Below are positions 26,539-36,597 of a stretch of DNA of 37,702 nt, piece after piece (the first letter of the stretch is position 1; each line of letters begins with the position of its first letter). The notes under the pieces are model-generated. The model saw nothing but the letters and a program-made list of their open reading frames with translations. It was not told the DNA's origin and did not search any database. The translations under genes and the position numbers were made by a program. Location: the sequence record SRR31156797_17769; one strand, 5' to 3'.

Positions 26539-27036
26539 ATGGTAAAAATCCGACCGTGTCCTCATTGCGGTGAAGAAATTGAAGTCTATCGAAACCCAAC
26601 CCCCACCGTGGATGTTGTTATTCTCATGTCGTCTGACGAGGGTGATGGTGTTGTTCTCATTGAACGAAAGAATCCTCCTCTTGGCTGGGCATTGCCCGGA
26701 GGGTTTGTGGACTATGGTGAGTCCTGTGAGGATGCGGCTGTTCGCGAGATGAAAGAGGAAACCGGGCTGGACGTGGAATTGGTAGGGCTACTTGGTGTTT
26801 ATTCCGATCCAAAGCGTGATCCGCGACAACATACCATGAGTGTAGTGTACATCGGTGTACCAAAAGATCCGTCGGCTTTGGTAGCAGGTGATGACGCGGC
26901 CAAGGCGGAGGTCTTTTTATTGGGAAAATGGCCCGAGTTGACCTTCGATCATGGCAAGATTTTGAACGACTTCATGACATATTTTATTGAGAATGGTGGA
27001 AAGAGGCGTGTTGACGGCTTTCCGACTCAGGCGTAG
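26539..27036 (+). CDS. NUDIX hydrolase (ADP-ribose pyrophosphatase-like) with N-terminal CxxC
   Basis: CPHCG..YRNP; Nudix box [36 protein letters not shown]. Confidence 0.9.
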   Translation: MVKIRPCPHCGEEIEVYRNPTPTVDVVILMSSDEGDGVVLIERKNPPLGWALPGGFVDYGESCEDAAVREMKEETGLDVELVGLLGVYSDPKRDPRQHTMSVVYIGVPKDPSALVAGDDAAKAEVFLLGKWPELTFDHGKILNDFMTYFIENGGKRRVDGFPTQA

Positions 27037-27088
27037 TTCTCACGCGGATGTTTCATAACCATTTCAAACGAGCTGAATAAATAGTATC

Positions 27089-28099
27089 ATGCGTACATTG
27101 TGTATCACTCTTGGTGACCCGTGCGGTCTCGGTCCGGAACTTGTTGTCCGACATTTTGTTGATGCTCCTGCGGTTGAAGATCGATTCCTCCTGCTTGGAC
27201 CTTGTTCGGCAATGGACAGAGAGCTTGAAAGAATTGGTGAACCCCGTTTTTTTGCTGTGCTAGATGATCCTGAGCAGATCAGTAATAAAGGTGCAGGAGT
27301 GTATCTTTTTGAACCTGCTGGACTCGTCGGGTTGGAGTATCCTTTGGGAGAGGCTTGCACTGAAGGAGGTAAGGCAGCCGGGGTCAGTCTGGATATGGCG
27401 GTGGAGGTCCTCAAGTCAGGACTGGCTGACGGGTTGCTTACTTGTCCGTTGAACAAGGCGATGCTTCAGTCTGCGGGATTCGATTTCCCGGGGCACACAG
27501 AATTTCTGGCCGAAAAACTCGGCGTGGGTGCTGATCAGGTCTGCATGCATTTGTGTGGGCATGACCCGGACGATGATGCTCCCAAGCTTCGTGTGAGTTT
27601 GGCGACCACTCATCCTCGGCTCCGCGATGTGCCGGCCCTTGTCACCGAAGAACGGTTGCTGCGCTGTTTGCGACTCACCGCTGATTTCGTGCATACGTTG
27701 GGGCTTGAAGGTCCTGTTGGTGTGTGTGGTTTGAATCCGCATGCCGGTGAATCTGGTCGAATAGGAGATGAGGAAATCAAGACGATTATTCCGGCTCTTG
27801 AAACAGCGCGTAATGAAGGCTTGAATGTGGTCGGGCCTATTCCGGGTGATACCGTCTTCTATTTTGCGGCCAAGGGTGAGTATTCGGCTGTACTTGCAAT
27901 GTATCATGATCAGGGTTTGGCCCCGCTTAAACTTTTGCATTTCAGTCAGGCGGTGAATGTAACTCTTGGGTTGCCGTATCCTCGCACTTCGCCAGACCAT
28001 GGTACGGGATATGATATTGTGGGTACTGGTGAGGCTTCCATACAGAGTTTTCGTGCTGCCTTGGATATGGTGCAGCGGCTTGTCGAGGCAAAGAGGTAG
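27089..28099 (+). CDS. pdxA: 4-hydroxythreonine-4-phosphate dehydrogenase
   Basis: LGDPCGLGPE, PGHTEFLA, TTH, GLNPHAGE, AMYHDQGL, RTSPDHGT. Confidence 0.93.
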   Translation: MRTLCITLGDPCGLGPELVVRHFVDAPAVEDRFLLLGPCSAMDRELERIGEPRFFAVLDDPEQISNKGAGVYLFEPAGLVGLEYPLGEACTEGGKAAGVSLDMAVEVLKSGLADGLLTCPLNKAMLQSAGFDFPGHTEFLAEKLGVGADQVCMHLCGHDPDDDAPKLRVSLATTHPRLRDVPALVTEERLLRCLRLTADFVHTLGLEGPVGVCGLNPHAGESGRIGDEEIKTIIPALETARNEGLNVVGPIPGDTVFYFAAKGEYSAVLAMYHDQGLAPLKLLHFSQAVNVTLGLPYPRTSPDHGTGYDIVGTGEASIQSFRAALDMVQRLVEAKR

Positions 28100-28102
28100 A
28101 TC

Positions 28103-28648
28103 ATGGCACAACGGTGTATCCTTTTGGATCGTGATGGGACGATTATTTTTGACAAGCATTATCTCCACGACCCGGACGGTGTAGAGTTGCTGCCGGGGGC
28201 TGCCCAAGGACTTCGGCGGATGCAGGATATGGGATATTCTTTGGCCGTACTGACCAATCAGAGCGGTGTGGGGCGTGGATACTATAACGAGGCTTCAGTT
28301 CGAGCCTGCAATGATCGTATGGCCGAGCTGTTGGCGCGTCATGGTGTGATTCTTGACGGTGTTTTTTTCTGTCCTCATACGCCCGAAGACGGATGTCGGT
28401 GTCGTAAGCCTAATCCCGGTCTCATGGAGCAAGCCGTTCAAGCCTTGGGATTTGATCCGGCTCAAAGTTTTATGATTGGTGACAAGCAGGCTGATATGGG
28501 AGTGGGGCAAGCTACAGGTGCGACTACGATTCTCGTACGAACCGGCAAGGGGGCCGAACATGAGGAACGATGTCAGGACTTGGCCGACCATGTCGTTGAT
28601 GATTTGCAGGCCGCTGCTGATATTATTCAGTCGTTAGAAAAGAATTAA
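28103..28648 (+). CDS. gmhB: D-glycero-D-manno-heptose 1,7-bisphosphate phosphatase (HAD IIIA)
   Basis: LDRDGTI, TNQSGVGRG, CPH...C.CRKP.PG, MIGDK..D, VRTGKG. Confidence 0.9.
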   Translation: MAQRCILLDRDGTIIFDKHYLHDPDGVELLPGAAQGLRRMQDMGYSLAVLTNQSGVGRGYYNEASVRACNDRMAELLARHGVILDGVFFCPHTPEDGCRCRKPNPGLMEQAVQALGFDPAQSFMIGDKQADMGVGQATGATTILVRTGKGAEHEERCQDLADHVVDDLQAAADIIQSLEKN

Positions 28649-28651
28649 GAA

Positions 28652-28740
28652 GCCTTCGGCGACCAGAGGGGGGAACCTCTTGAAAGAGGTTCCCCCCTCT
28701 GGATTCCCCCTTCCAGAACTTTTTATCGCGCCTTCGGCGG
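28652..28740 (+). repeat. REP-like palindromic element, copy B
   Basis: GCCTTCGGCGA, then the perfect 18-bp stem CCAGAGGGGGGAACCTCT-TGAA-AGAGGTTCCCCCCTCTGG, then CCAGAACTTTT and CGCCTTCGGCG. Confidence 0.85.
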
Positions 28741-28804
28741 TGTGGTGAAATACACTATGAATTTTTTTTTGGTAACGTTGTTTGTTTTTTTATGGAAGGA
28801 CTTC

Positions 28805-28905
28805 GAGCGAAGCGAGCGAAACAAAGTTTTGGAGAGACCATAGAACCTTTTTCAAAAGGTTCTATGGTCCCGCTGAAAGCTACCCCCGGTAGGGCCGTCG
28901 GGGAC
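28805..28905 (-). repeat. REP-like palindromic element, copy C (inverted relative to B)
   Basis: AAAGTTTTGGAGAG and AGAACCTTTTTCAAAAGGTTCT are identical to copy A; 15-bp stem GACCATAGAACCTTT / AAAGGTTCTATGGTC. Confidence 0.85.
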
Positions 28906-28938
28906 AAAAAAAGGCTCCGTTTGGGGAGCCTTTTTTTT
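28906..28938. terminator. Bidirectional intrinsic terminator
   Basis: A7-GGCTCC-gtttgg-GGAGCC-T8 between convergent gmhB and TPR genes. Confidence 0.85.
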
Positions 28939-28964
28939 GATTGATTTGATTAAGAAAAATGGGT

Positions 28965-29768
28965 TTATTGTGCCATTTTCTTTTGGGCGAATTTGAGCAT
29001 CTTGACAGCTTCGGCGAATTCCGGGTTGAGATCCACCGCCACTTGAGCGGATTGCGCCATTTTAGGCCATTTTTTCCAGTCGAAGTAGAGACGGCCCATG
29101 TTGTAGTGGAGATACTCGTCTTCGCTGGTCAGTGTGAGAGCCTTGAGATAGTACTTTTCGGCGGTTTCAAAGTCCTTCATTTTGCGCAGAACCATGCCGA
29201 TGCGATTGTACAAGTGGATGGCGTTGGGGTCGTCCTTGAGGGCGTCGTCCAACATTTCATATGCTTCCTTGTACCGTCCGGCATTGAGATAGCGGTCAGC
29301 TATGTCTGCCTTGAGGTCAGTGTCGCCGCCAAAATCGGTGACAAGCTGATGAAAGGTCGACGTGGCTTTATCCCACTCCTGAGCATCCAGATGTTTCTGA
29401 CCTTGTTCAAGGGCAGCTTTTTTCTGCGCTAGAATGGCTTCCATATCACCCTGAACCGATTCATTGAGGGCCTTTTGCAATTCTTGCAAAAGTTCACGCA
29501 TGGCATTGAGCAGCGCACGCTCCTGCCCCGGTTCATAGCTGATAACCAAAGGATATATCTTGCGGAGTTCACCGTCTGAATTGAGAGCGTAGGTAACTTT
29601 ACGCAGAATATCTTCGAATTCTTCCCGTTCGTTTTTTAGGACTTGATTCTTGAGAAAAAGAATAAGCCCATCGTGAATACCCTGAACAGCGGGCATATAT
29701 TTGCCCTTTTTCAGAAGTGTAGGAACAGAATTCAGCTTTTTGCGCGATTTGATCAGATCCGTGGACAT
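28965..29768 (-). CDS. TPR-repeat protein
   Basis: TPR units HLYNRIGMVLRKMKDFETAEKYYLKAL and DEYLHYNMGRLYF..VDLNPEFAEA. Confidence 0.85.
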   Translation of the reverse strand: MSTDLIKSRKKLNSVPTLLKKGKYMPAVQGIHDGLILFLKNQVLKNEREEFEDILRKVTYALNSDGELRKIYPLVISYEPGQERALLNAMRELLQELQKALNESVQGDMEAILAQKKAALEQGQKHLDAQEWDKATSTFHQLVTDFGGDTDLKADIADRYLNAGRYKEAYEMLDDALKDDPNAIHLYNRIGMVLRKMKDFETAEKYYLKALTLTSEDEYLHYNMGRLYFDWKKWPKMAQSAQVAVDLNPEFAEAVKMLKFAQKKMAQ

Positions 29769-29788
29769 GCTTTGATCCTGTTTGAGTT

Positions 29789-30913
29789 CTAGATTCCGGT
29801 ATTTTCCCGAACCATATCACGAAAACGAGCAAAGAAATAGCGACTGTCGTGCGGTCCGGGACCAGCTTCGGGATGATGCTGAATCGCTAAAAGCGGCTTT
29901 TCCTTGTGCCGGAAACCTTCCAGAGTGTTGTCATTAAGGTTTTTGTGGGTGGGTTCCAAGAAATCCAGTCCTTCAATATCAACACAGAAACCATGGTTTT
30001 GTGAAGATATCTCAATTTTCTCAGTGTGCAGATCAATAACCGGATGGTTGCAGCCGTGATGGCCGAACTTGAGTTTAAATGTCTTGCCGCCCATAGCCAG
30101 ACCGAGAATCTGGTGGCCGAGACAAATGCCCGCGATTGGGTATTCGTTGGACAGTTCCTTGGTGGCCTGAACGGCTGTTGCTACGGCAGCCGGATCGCCG
30201 GGGCCGTTGGATAGGAAGATTGCATCCGGTCCGAGTTCACGAACTTGTGCTGCCGTGTAATGCGAGGGCAGGACAATCATGTCGAAACCTTCGGCAGCCA
30301 TGAGGCGCAGGATGTTCCACTTGATGCCGAAATCGAACACAGCCAGCTTCGGACCTGTGCCTGACCATGCGAAATTCTTCATGTCGTCAATGTAGACGGG
30401 CTTGGTGCCGTCCCATGTGTAGGGGCGATCACAAGACACGCGGTCGGCCAGATTTAATCCTTCCATATTCTCGATGGATTGGGCCTTTTTGACGAGTTCT
30501 TCGGGGTTGACGTCACCAGTGGCAATGTATCCACGCTGTGCGCCGTGTAAACGCAGATGGCGTGTCAGGGCGCGAGTGTCAATACCTTCGATACCCATGA
30601 CACCGACTTCGGTCAGATAGTCGGGCAGAGACATGGTGGATCGCCAGTTGCTTGGTCGTTTGCAGCATTCCTTGACGATGAAGCCGCCGACTTGGACCTT
30701 GTGGGATTCCACGTCCTCGGGGTTCACGCCGTAGTTACCGATGAGGGGATAGGTCATGGTGACCATCTGTCCGGTATAGGAGGGATCGGTCAGAATCTCC
30801 TGATAGCCGGTCATGCCGGTGTTGAAGATGACTTCGCCGCTGGCTTCGCCCTGTCCGGTGAAACTCGTCCCCTTGAAAATGGTGCCGTCTTCGAGGGCAA
30901 GTATCGCTTTCAT
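29789..30913 (-). CDS. carA: Carbamoyl-phosphate synthase small subunit
   Basis: [68 protein letters not shown]. Confidence 0.97.
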   Translation of the reverse strand: MKAILALEDGTIFKGTSFTGQGEASGEVIFNTGMTGYQEILTDPSYTGQMVTMTYPLIGNYGVNPEDVESHKVQVGGFIVKECCKRPSNWRSTMSLPDYLTEVGVMGIEGIDTRALTRHLRLHGAQRGYIATGDVNPEELVKKAQSIENMEGLNLADRVSCDRPYTWDGTKPVYIDDMKNFAWSGTGPKLAVFDFGIKWNILRLMAAEGFDMIVLPSHYTAAQVRELGPDAIFLSNGPGDPAAVATAVQATKELSNEYPIAGICLGHQILGLAMGGKTFKLKFGHHGCNHPVIDLHTEKIEISSQNHGFCVDIEGLDFLEPTHKNLNDNTLEGFRHKEKPLLAIQHHPEAGPGPHDSRYFFARFRDMVRENTGI

Positions 30914-31653
30914 CAATCGTTCTCCAGAATGTTCTTCACAGTTGCGAGATCATTGGGCCTGTCCACGCCGTGGCAGGTGTGCCGTGTCTCAGTCACGTAA
31001 ATATCGATACCGTCTTCAAGCAGACGGAGTTGCTCCAGCTTTTCACGTTGTTCCAATGGACTTGGTTCGAGACTGCCGAACCGTTCCAAAGCCTCCATGC
31101 GGAATGCGTACAACCCGATATGGAGAAGGAACCCGTGCATTTTTTCGTCGCGGTCATGGGGGACGAGTGAGCGAGAAAAGTAAAGTGCTCGTCCATTTTT
31201 TGCCCGAACAACTTTCACCCGATCAGGGGAAAGAGCTTCTTCTTCACCGATGGCTGTGGCCAAAGTTGTCACTCGGACGGTGCAGTCGGTGAAAGGAGTT
31301 ACCAGTTCGGTCAGCATGGTCGGTTCAAGGCATGGTTCGTCACCTTGAATATTGACCACCACGGCCTCGGAATCGATGTTGAGCTTTCGTGCGGCTTCCA
31401 ATACCCGGTCCGTTCCGCTGGAATGGTCGGTCCGAGTCATGACGACCGGCACGTTTAATTTCTTGGCTGTCTCGAATATGCGAGCATCGTCAGTTGCCAG
31501 AGTTACGCTTGTCATTTGAGGACATTGTGCGGCCCGGGAGTAGACGTGCCAAAACATGGGCATACCGTTGATTTCAACCAGTGGTTTGCCGGGAAAGCGG
31601 GAGGATTCATACCTCGCCGGGATTATGCCGTGACATTCGGGAAATTCGCTCAT
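30913..31653 (-). CDS. kdsB: 3-deoxy-manno-octulosonate cytidylyltransferase
   Basis: [54 protein letters not shown]. Confidence 0.95.
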   Translation of the reverse strand: MSEFPECHGIIPARYESSRFPGKPLVEINGMPMFWHVYSRAAQCPQMTSVTLATDDARIFETAKKLNVPVVMTRTDHSSGTDRVLEAARKLNIDSEAVVVNIQGDEPCLEPTMLTELVTPFTDCTVRVTTLATAIGEEEALSPDRVKVVRAKNGRALYFSRSLVPHDRDEKMHGFLLHIGLYAFRMEALERFGSLEPSPLEQREKLEQLRLLEDGIDIYVTETRHTCHGVDRPNDLATVKNILEND

Positions 31654-31672
31654 CTCGTTCCGTGGTGCGTTC

Positions 31673-32959
31673 TTAGTCTTTATTGAGAAAATCAGCAACC
31701 TGTTTGCAGACGGCTTTTGCGCCGCCCTTGTGGTCCGCGATATATTCTTTTGCCAGTTTGGCGACACTGCGTCGAGCAGGAGTTTTATCCAGAATGGAAA
31801 TCAAGGCGTTTTGCGCTGCCTGCCAATCTTTGGCCTCCACAGCCAGACCCGAGTCAAAGATGTCTTTGCCTACCCATGCAAAATTTTTCCAATGGGGACC
31901 GGTAACCGGGGTCACGCCACAGGTCAGCGGCTCAAGGAAATTCTGCCCGCCAAGAGGGGCAAGGCTGCCGCCGACAAAGGCCGCTTGAGCCAATCCATAG
32001 GCCGGGACTAATTCCCCGAAAGCATCCCAGAGGATGACGGTACCGGGCAGAGCCGGGCCATTGAGACGGGATCTGTGTATCCAGTTCAAGCCAGCGGAAT
32101 TCATGGCTGCTTCCCATATTTTCATGTGGTGCATGTGGCGTGGAAATAGGCCGAGAATTGTTTTGGGGCGTTCGCGCATAAGGCCAGCGGCCAGTTTGGT
32201 GACTTCCGCTTCTTCCTGTCGGCGTACGGAGCCGAAGACGGTAAAGATGCTTTTGGGGGGGATGATGTCTTTGAGCGGGTTGTTCTTCCGGGGCATGGGG
32301 GCTGCATCTGCCATGCGGTCGAATTTGATGTTGGGCATAACCCAGACTTTTTCGCGACCGAACAGCGTGCCGAATCGTCTTCCGTCAGCTTCGGATACAG
32401 CCATGACCGTGTTTGGTGATACTGCACGAAACAGCTCGGGCCATGTCAGATACCCAGCCAGACTCTTGGTGGACATGCGTCCGTTGGCGAGCAGAATGTT
32501 TACTTCGGATTTCTTGCATGCGCTGAGGAAACCGGGCCAGAGTTCCGTTTCTAGAATCAGTGCCAGCTTGGGACGAACATGGGCGACTACACGGTTCATC
32601 AGATCGGGATCATCAAAAGGGAAATACCATGGCTGAATCGCGAGTCCGCTCTTGCGTCCGTTGATGTCATCCGCAGCTCGCGACAAAGTCTCATATCCTT
32701 GCAAGGTGTTGGTGGTGACCAATACTCGCAGACTTTCAGAAAAGGGTGATTTGAGGTTTTTGAGCACTTCCCATGCCAAATACGCCTCTCCTCCGCTGGC
32801 TGCCTGCATCCAGATGTGGGCAGGAGCGGGCAGGCCGCCGGACAGCGTACGTTGTTCCCATCCGTCCCGGAGTCGGGAATTCAATTTCAGAAGTGGGGTC
32901 GCACACTTCCATCCCAGACTGTATGCCTTTAGAGCCATGTTCACGGATGTCTGGCTCAT
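31673..32959 (-). CDS. waaA: Kdo transferase
   Basis: [37 protein letters not shown]...GGQNFLEP; adjacent to kdsB. Confidence 0.9.
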   Translation of the reverse strand: MSQTSVNMALKAYSLGWKCATPLLKLNSRLRDGWEQRTLSGGLPAPAHIWMQAASGGEAYLAWEVLKNLKSPFSESLRVLVTTNTLQGYETLSRAADDINGRKSGLAIQPWYFPFDDPDLMNRVVAHVRPKLALILETELWPGFLSACKKSEVNILLANGRMSTKSLAGYLTWPELFRAVSPNTVMAVSEADGRRFGTLFGREKVWVMPNIKFDRMADAAPMPRKNNPLKDIIPPKSIFTVFGSVRRQEEAEVTKLAAGLMRERPKTILGLFPRHMHHMKIWEAAMNSAGLNWIHRSRLNGPALPGTVILWDAFGELVPAYGLAQAAFVGGSLAPLGGQNFLEPLTCGVTPVTGPHWKNFAWVGKDIFDSGLAVEAKDWQAAQNALISILDKTPARRSVAKLAKEYIADHKGGAKAVCKQVADFLNKD

Positions 32960-32960
32960 A

Positions 32961-33875
32961 CTATTGCGTCCTTGTTTCCATGCCCAACCGGATGAGCTCG
33001 GCTATGAGGTCAGTGAATGACAGGCCTATATTGGCTGCGGCGCGAGGCAGTAAGCTTGTCGGAGTCATGCCGGGTAAGGTGTTAACTTCCAGCAGAAAAG
33101 CTTCGCCTTCTTTTGTGACCATAAAATCGCCTCGACTGTATCCCGTAAGACCGAGTGCGGCATGTGCGGTTACCATCTGTTGCTGGATAGACTCGGTGAG
33201 TGCATCGTCAACAGGTGCCGGACAGATTTCCTCTGCGCCATCAGCCGCGTATTTGTTTTCGTAGTCAAAGAAATCGGCGTCACTTTTTGGCTTGATCATT
33301 ATTAGCGGAAGTGGACGGTCACCGAGTATGCCGCACGTCAATTCCACGCCGGGGATGAAAGATTCCACCAAAGCGGACTGGCACATGGCAAAGACCTTAT
33401 CGAGTGCAGTCGGAAAGTCTTCAATATTTTTAACCAGTGACATGCCGAGGCTAGAACCACCTTTATTCGGTTTCACAAAAACCGGGAGGTTTAGTTCAAG
33501 TTGTGCCTCTCTTCCCTGAGTGGGAGTGACTATTTGCCAGTCTGGTGTTTTGATGCCCTTGTCTTCAAATACTTCCTTGGATGCGGCCTTGTTCAGGGCC
33601 AGATAGGATGCGGCGGGACCGGCTCCCTGATATGGGCAGCCAGCCTTGTCGAGTACAGCTTGCACCAACCCGTCTTCACCGGGAGTACCGTGCAGGTTGA
33701 TGAATGCAAAGTCCGCCTGTTTGGCTGTTGCCAGCAGGTTTTTGAAATCATCAGCAGGATCAAAAAAGGAAACATCGTGACCGAGTTCGTCCAGGGCCAT
33801 TCGAATTTTGGCAGCGCCGGACAGGGAAACCTCCCGTTCGTCAGACCAGCCGCCAGCTATCAAAATCACATGCAT
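32961..33875 (-). CDS. ddl: D-alanine--D-alanine ligase
   Basis: GG.S.EREVSL, LHG.PGEDG..Q, KP..GGSSLG, FDYENKY, RGDF, LEVNTLPGMT.TSL.P. Confidence 0.95.
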   Translation of the reverse strand: MHVILIAGGWSDEREVSLSGAAKIRMALDELGHDVSFFDPADDFKNLLATAKQADFAFINLHGTPGEDGLVQAVLDKAGCPYQGAGPAASYLALNKAASKEVFEDKGIKTPDWQIVTPTQGREAQLELNLPVFVKPNKGGSSLGMSLVKNIEDFPTALDKVFAMCQSALVESFIPGVELTCGILGDRPLPLIMIKPKSDADFFDYENKYAADGAEEICPAPVDDALTESIQQQMVTAHAALGLTGYSRGDFMVTKEGEAFLLEVNTLPGMTPTSLLPRAAANIGLSFTDLIAELIRLGMETRTQ

Positions 33876-34482
33876 TCAAGTCCACCTTGAGCGTATCGCA
33901 TAAAAGTTTTTCCAGAGTGAGGGCCTGTTCTTCGGTGGCTTTGATCCTGTCCATGAGGTTCAGGGGTATGCCGTATCGTTTGATCAGGTCCTTGAACCGT
34001 TCTTCGATGGAGACAAGTTCGGTATGGTTTACGCGTTTGTCTGCATAGATCACGGCCAGTGGGGTGAAGTATTTTTCGAGATTCAGTTCGAAGGGCCAAT
34101 AGACGTGGTGCGTGACGCCCGAAGCAATGTTCGGGTTATTTGTCATCTCCATGGCCCAGGCTCCGCCGAGTTGACTATGGTTGCCGCCGTGCAAGATGCA
34201 GTATGTCTTGGCGATATCGTGTAACAGGGCAGACGCTCGTACTGTGGCGACGTCCACTGGCAGACCGACTTCTTTGGCGCGATGGGCCATGAAGGTCGCG
34301 ATGTTGGCAACTTTGGTACTGTGCTCTGCCACATTTTCGAGCATGTCGTATCGTGCCCAAAACTCTGCGCAACGCGCATCATCCGGGACGGCGAGTGTCG
34401 GGTCAAACACGATACTCGGAGGCGGCGTGAGTGGTGAGCCGTATTGTTCTGTGGCGATATCGGAAGTGTCTTTTTCGCTCAT
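33841..34482 (-). CDS. HD-domain (HDIG-type) metal-dependent phosphohydrolase
   Basis: EHS.KV, ALLHDIAK, HSQLG, THH, YADKRV. Confidence 0.85.
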   Translation of the reverse strand: MSEKDTSDIATEQYGSPLTPPPSIVFDPTLAVPDDARCAEFWARYDMLENVAEHSTKVANIATFMAHRAKEVGLPVDVATVRASALLHDIAKTYCILHGGNHSQLGGAWAMEMTNNPNIASGVTHHVYWPFELNLEKYFTPLAVIYADKRVNHTELVSIEERFKDLIKRYGIPLNLMDRIKATEEQALTLEKLLCDTLKVDLNACDFDSWRLV

Positions 34483-34690
34483 GATTAGGCGGCGTGATAA
34501 TAGTTTCAGTTAAAGGGCTGCGTCAGTGCAACCTCTTTAAATTACCTACCAGTACGTTGAGAAAAAATAAAGCTGATGCATAGAATAAAAAAAGAATCAT
34601 CGAACAGGGGAGGTCATATATATCCCGCCTCTCTCGCAATGTCTTTCTTGGTGTGGTAAGTAAAATATAGAAAACCATAAGTTGGTTGTC

Positions 34691-35356
34691 ATGATGTATT
34701 TACAGGTTGTTTTTGTCCTTACCAGTGTGTGCATCGCAGGTATTGCCTGGGTGATGTGGCGTACATATAAACGGCATCGATTGCCGGGTGTTAATTGGTG
34801 GGCATACGGAGGTGGGGCAATTGCCTTGACGACGTTGCTGTCTGCAATCAGTGAATATGTCGGCGAGTGGGCAAGGGCTGTGATCGCCCATGTTCTTTTG
34901 GTCGGAGGTTTTGGTGCTATTTGGATAGGGACACAATTGTTTTTTGGTCGGAAATTGGGGAGATGGTGTTTTTTCGCTTTTGTGTTTTTTTTAATTACTC
35001 TTTGCGTCGTCTTTTTTTGGTACTGGTTTATTAACCCTGCGTATCAACTGCGGCTTGCTATGGGATGTGTGTTGCTGCTGTTGATATCTCTTGCCATTTC
35101 CCAGACATTTTTTTCTTTCAGAGTGGGGCAGAGGGCGGTTACTGCGGCCGGCATATATTATAGTGTTTTTGCTCTTATTAATGGATTGCGTACTGTTCAC
35201 ATTCTCCTCTTTCCAGATCCGGACGCGTATTTTTTATCTGGTATGAGTGCAAAGATACTTATGTCATTAATGATTCCCCTTCTTCTTGCTGCAATGACGG
35301 CACAGCTTTTTATACTTCGTCACGAGATTGATTCTTCCAGCGAAAGGGAAGAATGA
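34691..35356 (+). CDS. Multi-pass membrane protein (about 7 TM) without an output domain
   Basis: About seven hydrophobic stretches; PGVNWWA.G and IWIG...F.GR patterns resemble sensor N-termini of signalling enzymes. Confidence 0.65.
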   Translation: MMYLQVVFVLTSVCIAGIAWVMWRTYKRHRLPGVNWWAYGGGAIALTTLLSAISEYVGEWARAVIAHVLLVGGFGAIWIGTQLFFGRKLGRWCFFAFVFFLITLCVVFFWYWFINPAYQLRLAMGCVLLLLISLAISQTFFSFRVGQRAVTAAGIYYSVFALINGLRTVHILLFPDPDAYFLSGMSAKILMSLMIPLLLAAMTAQLFILRHEIDSSSEREE

Positions 35357-35500
35357 TACAGGACAAGATCGATATATGAATAACCACTCCGGCGTTCTAC
35401 CGATAGAATTGGTTTTTCATTTGCCCCCATCTTTGAGAAGGTATATGACTGTCGCTAATCTCTATGAAATTGACCCACCAATACCATAAAGGATTATGAT

Positions 35501-36595
35501 TTGAGCTTCGAATTCTTGGAAAAATTCCGCGACCCTGAACTGTGTAGGAAAATGCTGGACAGAATGGAGGCAGAGCTTGAGAGCGACCTCCGTTTCATGG
35601 AAGTTTGCGGCACGCATACAGTGGCTATTTTTCAGAGCGGACTGCGTTCGCTCCTCCCCAAGAAAATCGTGCATCTGAGCGGCCCCGGCTGCCCGGTTTG
35701 CGTGACCCACGAGTCCGAGGTGAATGCCTTTCTGGACCTCGCGGCTAACAAACGTGTTATTATGGCGACATTTGGTGATCTCATGCGTGTTCCCGGCGAT
35801 AACGGGCGCAACTTGAAGAAAGCCGTGGCTGACGGTGCTCGGGTGAAGGTGGTTTATTCTCCCTTCGATACATTGAAGCTGGCCCAAGAGAATCCCGACG
35901 ATATCGTCGTGTTTATCGGCGTTGGTTTCGAGACTACGGCCCCAACCATTGCCGCCACCATGAAAATGGCGCGTCAGCAGGGCATTAAAAACCTGCGTAT
36001 TCTCTGTTTTCACAAGACCGTTCCTCTGGCTCTGGACGCATTGTTGTCTGACGAAGCCATCAACGTGGACGGTTTTATTTTGCCAGGTCATGTTTCTGCC
36101 ATTATTGGTACAAAGCCTTACGAGTTCATCGCGGAGAAATATAATAAATCCGCTGTGGTCACAGGATTTGAACCGCTGGATATTCTTCAGTCTCTGAACC
36201 AGATGATTGATTGGCGCAAACAGGGTGAGGCCCACGTGGTCAACAACTACACCCGCATCGTGGGTGAAAACGGCAACCCCAAGGCCGTTGAGATCATGTA
36301 TGAGGTCTTTGAGCCCACCGACGCATTGTGGCGCGGCATAGGACTCATTCCCGGTTCCGGTCTGGAAATCAGGACCGAGTGGGAAGAGTTCGACGCCAAA
36401 AAGGAATTCGGTATCACCATTGAAGATTGTGCCCCTCTCAAGGGATGCAAATGTGGTGACATACTTAAAGGTATCAAGCAGCCCGACGAATGTCCGCTCT
36501 TCGGCAAGCCGTGTACACCGGCCAACCCTGTTGGCCCTTGCATGGTTTCCACCGAGGGCAGTTGTGCTGCATATTACAAATACAAACTGGATTAG
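35501..36595 (+). CDS. hypD: Hydrogenase maturation protein HypD (TTG start)
   Basis: MEVCGTHT, GPGCPVCVT, GFETTAP, PGHVS, GFEP, C.CG..L.G...P.EC.LFG..CTP..PVGPCMVS.EGSCAAYY. Confidence 0.97.
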   Translation: MSFEFLEKFRDPELCRKMLDRMEAELESDLRFMEVCGTHTVAIFQSGLRSLLPKKIVHLSGPGCPVCVTHESEVNAFLDLAANKRVIMATFGDLMRVPGDNGRNLKKAVADGARVKVVYSPFDTLKLAQENPDDIVVFIGVGFETTAPTIAATMKMARQQGIKNLRILCFHKTVPLALDALLSDEAINVDGFILPGHVSAIIGTKPYEFIAEKYNKSAVVTGFEPLDILQSLNQMIDWRKQGEAHVVNNYTRIVGENGNPKAVEIMYEVFEPTDALWRGIGLIPGSGLEIRTEWEEFDAKKEFGITIEDCAPLKGCKCGDILKGIKQPDECPLFGKPCTPANPVGPCMVSTEGSCAAYYKYKLD

Positions 36596-36597
36596 CC

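Noticed and set aside
28652-28905. Possible CRISPR array or tRNA
   Set aside because: The repeats are inverted, diverged and not regularly spaced; there are no cas genes and no cloverleaf or T-loop motif.
32961-33875. Possible Van-type D-Ala-D-Lac ligase
   Set aside because: The omega loop reads FDYENKY (Tyr), typical of D-Ala-D-Ala ligases, and the context is housekeeping.
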